This document shows, one piece after another, positions 60,761 through 64,000 of a stretch of DNA of 64,000 nucleotides. The stretch lies in NCBI RefSeq assembly GCF_009914755.1, contig NC_060930.1; one strand, written 5' to 3'. The notes below the pieces were generated by a model. It ran no database searches and had not been told where the DNA came from. It saw only the letters and a program-made list of their open reading frames with translations. The position numbers and the translations under genes were made by a program. Positions within the stretch are counted from its first letter, which is position 1; each line of letters starts with the position of its first letter. The DNA is from the human T2T-CHM13v2.0 reference genome, Homo sapiens.

Positions 60761-61479
60761 TTTAAAATCCCTTAGTACCTGACACATAGTAAATGCTGTA
60801 TGTGTTGCCAATATAAATAAAAACAAATTAGGGGTCAGGTAGGGCCTGGAAATTGATGACCCTGAAAACAAACTCTGTGGATGTCACAGAACTGCTGATG
60901 GTTGGCTCCACTTATTTGCAGATTTGCTGTGAAAATAAAGCTACACACAGAGGTATTTCATCCTGCTCAGCAGGGCAGCCTCTTACTTTACCAGCGTTAA
61001 ATAAAGTGGGATTACTTCAAATATACTTCTAGAGCTTACTTAATGGAATTAACAATAATTTGCTATTTTTCCTTTTCTGTATGATCATATAGTTGTGATT
61101 ACAGGAAAATTTTAAGAAAAACCCTTGATTTGTTCCATTAACAAAAATTATATCTGTGAATAGCCTTGTTTTCCCACTAAAATATCCCTGCATTTTCCCA
61201 CGTTACTTATTATGTTTTATTTTTTACTACATGTAGTCTTATAACATATCATGTGTTAAGACTTTATTTAACTCATTTGCCAGAATGGGATGTATCTTCA
61301 GTGTCAAGTGTGCAATTAAAAATATTTTTTTCACAATGACTATGTACAAAAAACATGGACAGTGTCAGTACATTTTCCAGAGTAAATATATTGCTCTAAT
61401 CACTTGACTTGATGAAAAGAGCCAGTGTCTGCTTCCTCAGGAAAGTTCATAATGCATCCCTCATGTTTGATTATCTGTG

Positions 61480-61790
61480 TGTCTCCCTCTCATTCCTTCT
61501 TCAGATTGCTTTCAAATATTTTCTTCTCAGGAGGCCTTATTATCCAACAACCACTTTATTTAACTATTGACTGTTCCTTTTTCAGCATTCATTCTCTTTA
61601 CTCTTCATCGTATTGTATCTTTCTCAGAAACACAATCTCCGACACAATATATATTTTATTTATTTTCTGTCTCATCTCTATATATTTCATGAGGGCATGA
61701 TTTTTGCATATTTTGTTTACTTCTGTGTCACCAGCTCTTACAACAGTGCTAGGCAAATTGCAGGCATTCAACAAATATTTATCGAGTTAA
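61480..61790 (+). mobile_element. L2a 3' fragment
   Basis: catgagggcatgatttttg...aacagtgctaggca...caggcattcaacaaatattt. Confidence 0.65.
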
Positions 61791-62599
61791 TTAATTAGCT
61801 GTGCTTTGTGTCTTGCTTCTCCAGTTCTGTAGTCCCAACAGGTTGAAGTAAAACTGCAAAATAGTCAAAATCTCATTTAATGTATTTACTGCAATTTGTG
61901 GGAGGGTATAAGAGATAGCTTGGTGGCTGTTGTCAGGACATACCCCTTGTCCTCACAGAAATGTTGACAGATTGCTAGGCTTCAATTAGGGAATTAAGGG
62001 ATGATGATTATTTCCGGGCTCGGAAACTCAGGTGTAAGAGAATTTGAAATGAATTAGATCTGTATAAACCATCATGTATCCCCTTAGACCATTAGGCCTC
62101 ATAGATTATTAATTAGACCATTATCCCCATAGACCATTCTGTCAGATCTATGTGGCAGGCAGAGGAGGAGCCCAGGTGATAAAGCAGCCAGGCATGGAGA
62201 CCAGTGCCTTCCTCATGGGTACACGGAGGATTTGGCTACCTAATGAGGAGTTGCTTTCTTTCTTACCACCACTGCATGGAAAAGGACTAGTGACAATTTA
62301 CTTAATTTTGAAGTGGCTTGAGCAATGGTGGCTACTATAGTAGGGAGAGTGATAGACCTGACCTGTCAGAATGCAAAGCACATTTAGGCGCTTATACAAC
62401 CTGAATGAGAACATGTCTAATGACTCACGGTGCCCTGGCTCCAATTCCAAGCGGCAATGCCCCTATTTTAGGAAGATTTCCCTTGCTGGAGTAGAGCCCT
62501 CTTCTGGTTCTTATCCGATTACCCTGGATTGAGAATTAACAAGGCATTATTTCCTAATTTGTTAGGGCTTAAACTCTTAGAGTGACCTTTTACTCTGTT

Positions 62600-63010
62600 T
62601 CAATTAGGATTGTAGAAGAAATCCAACCACACTGGTTTAACTAAATATTTTATTTTCCTGTCATGTAAAATGAAGTTCAGAGATAGCTGTACAATGTTAT
62701 GAAGATGCTGTCTGTTTCTACCTTTCCCTGTAGGTGGCATTCATCCCCTTGTTTACAAGATGATTGCTACAACTCTAGACATCATGTCTATGTCCGTTTC
62801 CGATGTTAAAGGAAGTGGGTGGGGGGAAAAGACAAAAGGGAGATGCTAGCAGAGACTGTCGTCTTTTAATCAGGAAAATAACCATTTCCCATTAGATTTC
62901 TGCTTACATCTCATTGGATAAACTGGACCACATGGCACTCCTACAGGCAAGGGAATATGAAAAGTATTTTTGACTGAAATCACTGTGACCCTCAACAGAA
63001 TCGGAATGTT
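62600..63010 (-). mobile_element. LTR33-like ERVL LTR
   Basis: caagatgattgctacaactctagacatcatgtc...tgcttacatctcattgg...cacatggcactccta. Confidence 0.55.
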
Positions 63011-63038
63011 CAGTTAGCATGGAAAAAGAAAGAGAATC

Positions 63039-63101
63039 AATATTAGTTAAGCATTTTAATATTAGTTAAGCAATATTCGTTAAGTTAATGTTAGTTAAGC
63101 A
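63039..63101. repeat. Short degenerate tandem repeat (aatattagttaagca, about 4 copies)
   Basis: Directly visible. Confidence 0.85.
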
Positions 63102-63364
63102 GATCGTGCCATAAACTATTACCGCTTTCTTGCCTTCACACCTGCTTGCTTTTTCTTCCTCTCAGCCACCTTCCTCCAGTTTCCATCCCACTGCGCCATC
63201 CCTATTCACATCCTTGCCATGTCCTGCATATATAGAACAGAAGGCACTCGCCACATAGTGATCCCTGCTCTGCTTTCACACTGCCATCCCCAGATTTCTC
63301 TTCCTAAAGGAACACTCTGCATCCTTCCCTCACTCAGAAGCTTTCATTTATGAAACTTAGCTCT

Positions 63365-64000
<636 letters not shown>

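Noticed and set aside
62405-62430. p53 half-site next to an AP-1 motif (gaacatgtct...tgactca)
   Set aside because: A single half-site and a 7-mer are expected by chance in 64 kb.
58519-63101. Short repeats at 58519-58602, about 62085-62140 (tagaccatt x3) and 63039-63101 as CRISPR-like arrays
   Set aside because: Eukaryotic context, only 2-4 degenerate units, no regular unique spacers and no cas genes.

Overview
AT-rich primate genomic DNA, probably from a great ape (human-like), consisting mostly of transposable elements. I found no host protein-coding gene, RNA gene or CRISPR array, and no convincing new biological system. The window holds two full-length L1s: an old L1PB1 at 4.7-11.4 kb, and a young L1PA2/PA3-type copy at 33.6-39.9 kb with intact ORF1, broken ORF2, extended ORF0 and a 3' transduction. 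It also holds several truncated, inverted or ancient L1s, six Alus, MaLR solo LTRs with target-site duplications (TSDs), an HML-5/LTR22 remnant with its primer-binding site (PBS), an ERVL integrase fossil, and L2/MIR/CR1/hAT fragments. The most interesting signals are mechanistic footprints: a two-tail L1 3' transduction, apparent patchy gene conversion between two L1s 10,753 bp apart, an LTR+PBS remnant inside a TSD, a chimeric AluY/AluSp next to a close inverted Alu, a twin-primed L1, and an L1 with a premature tail and out-of-order 5' piece. Subfamily names come from recalled consensus sequences, not a database search. Boundaries of old repeats are approximate.
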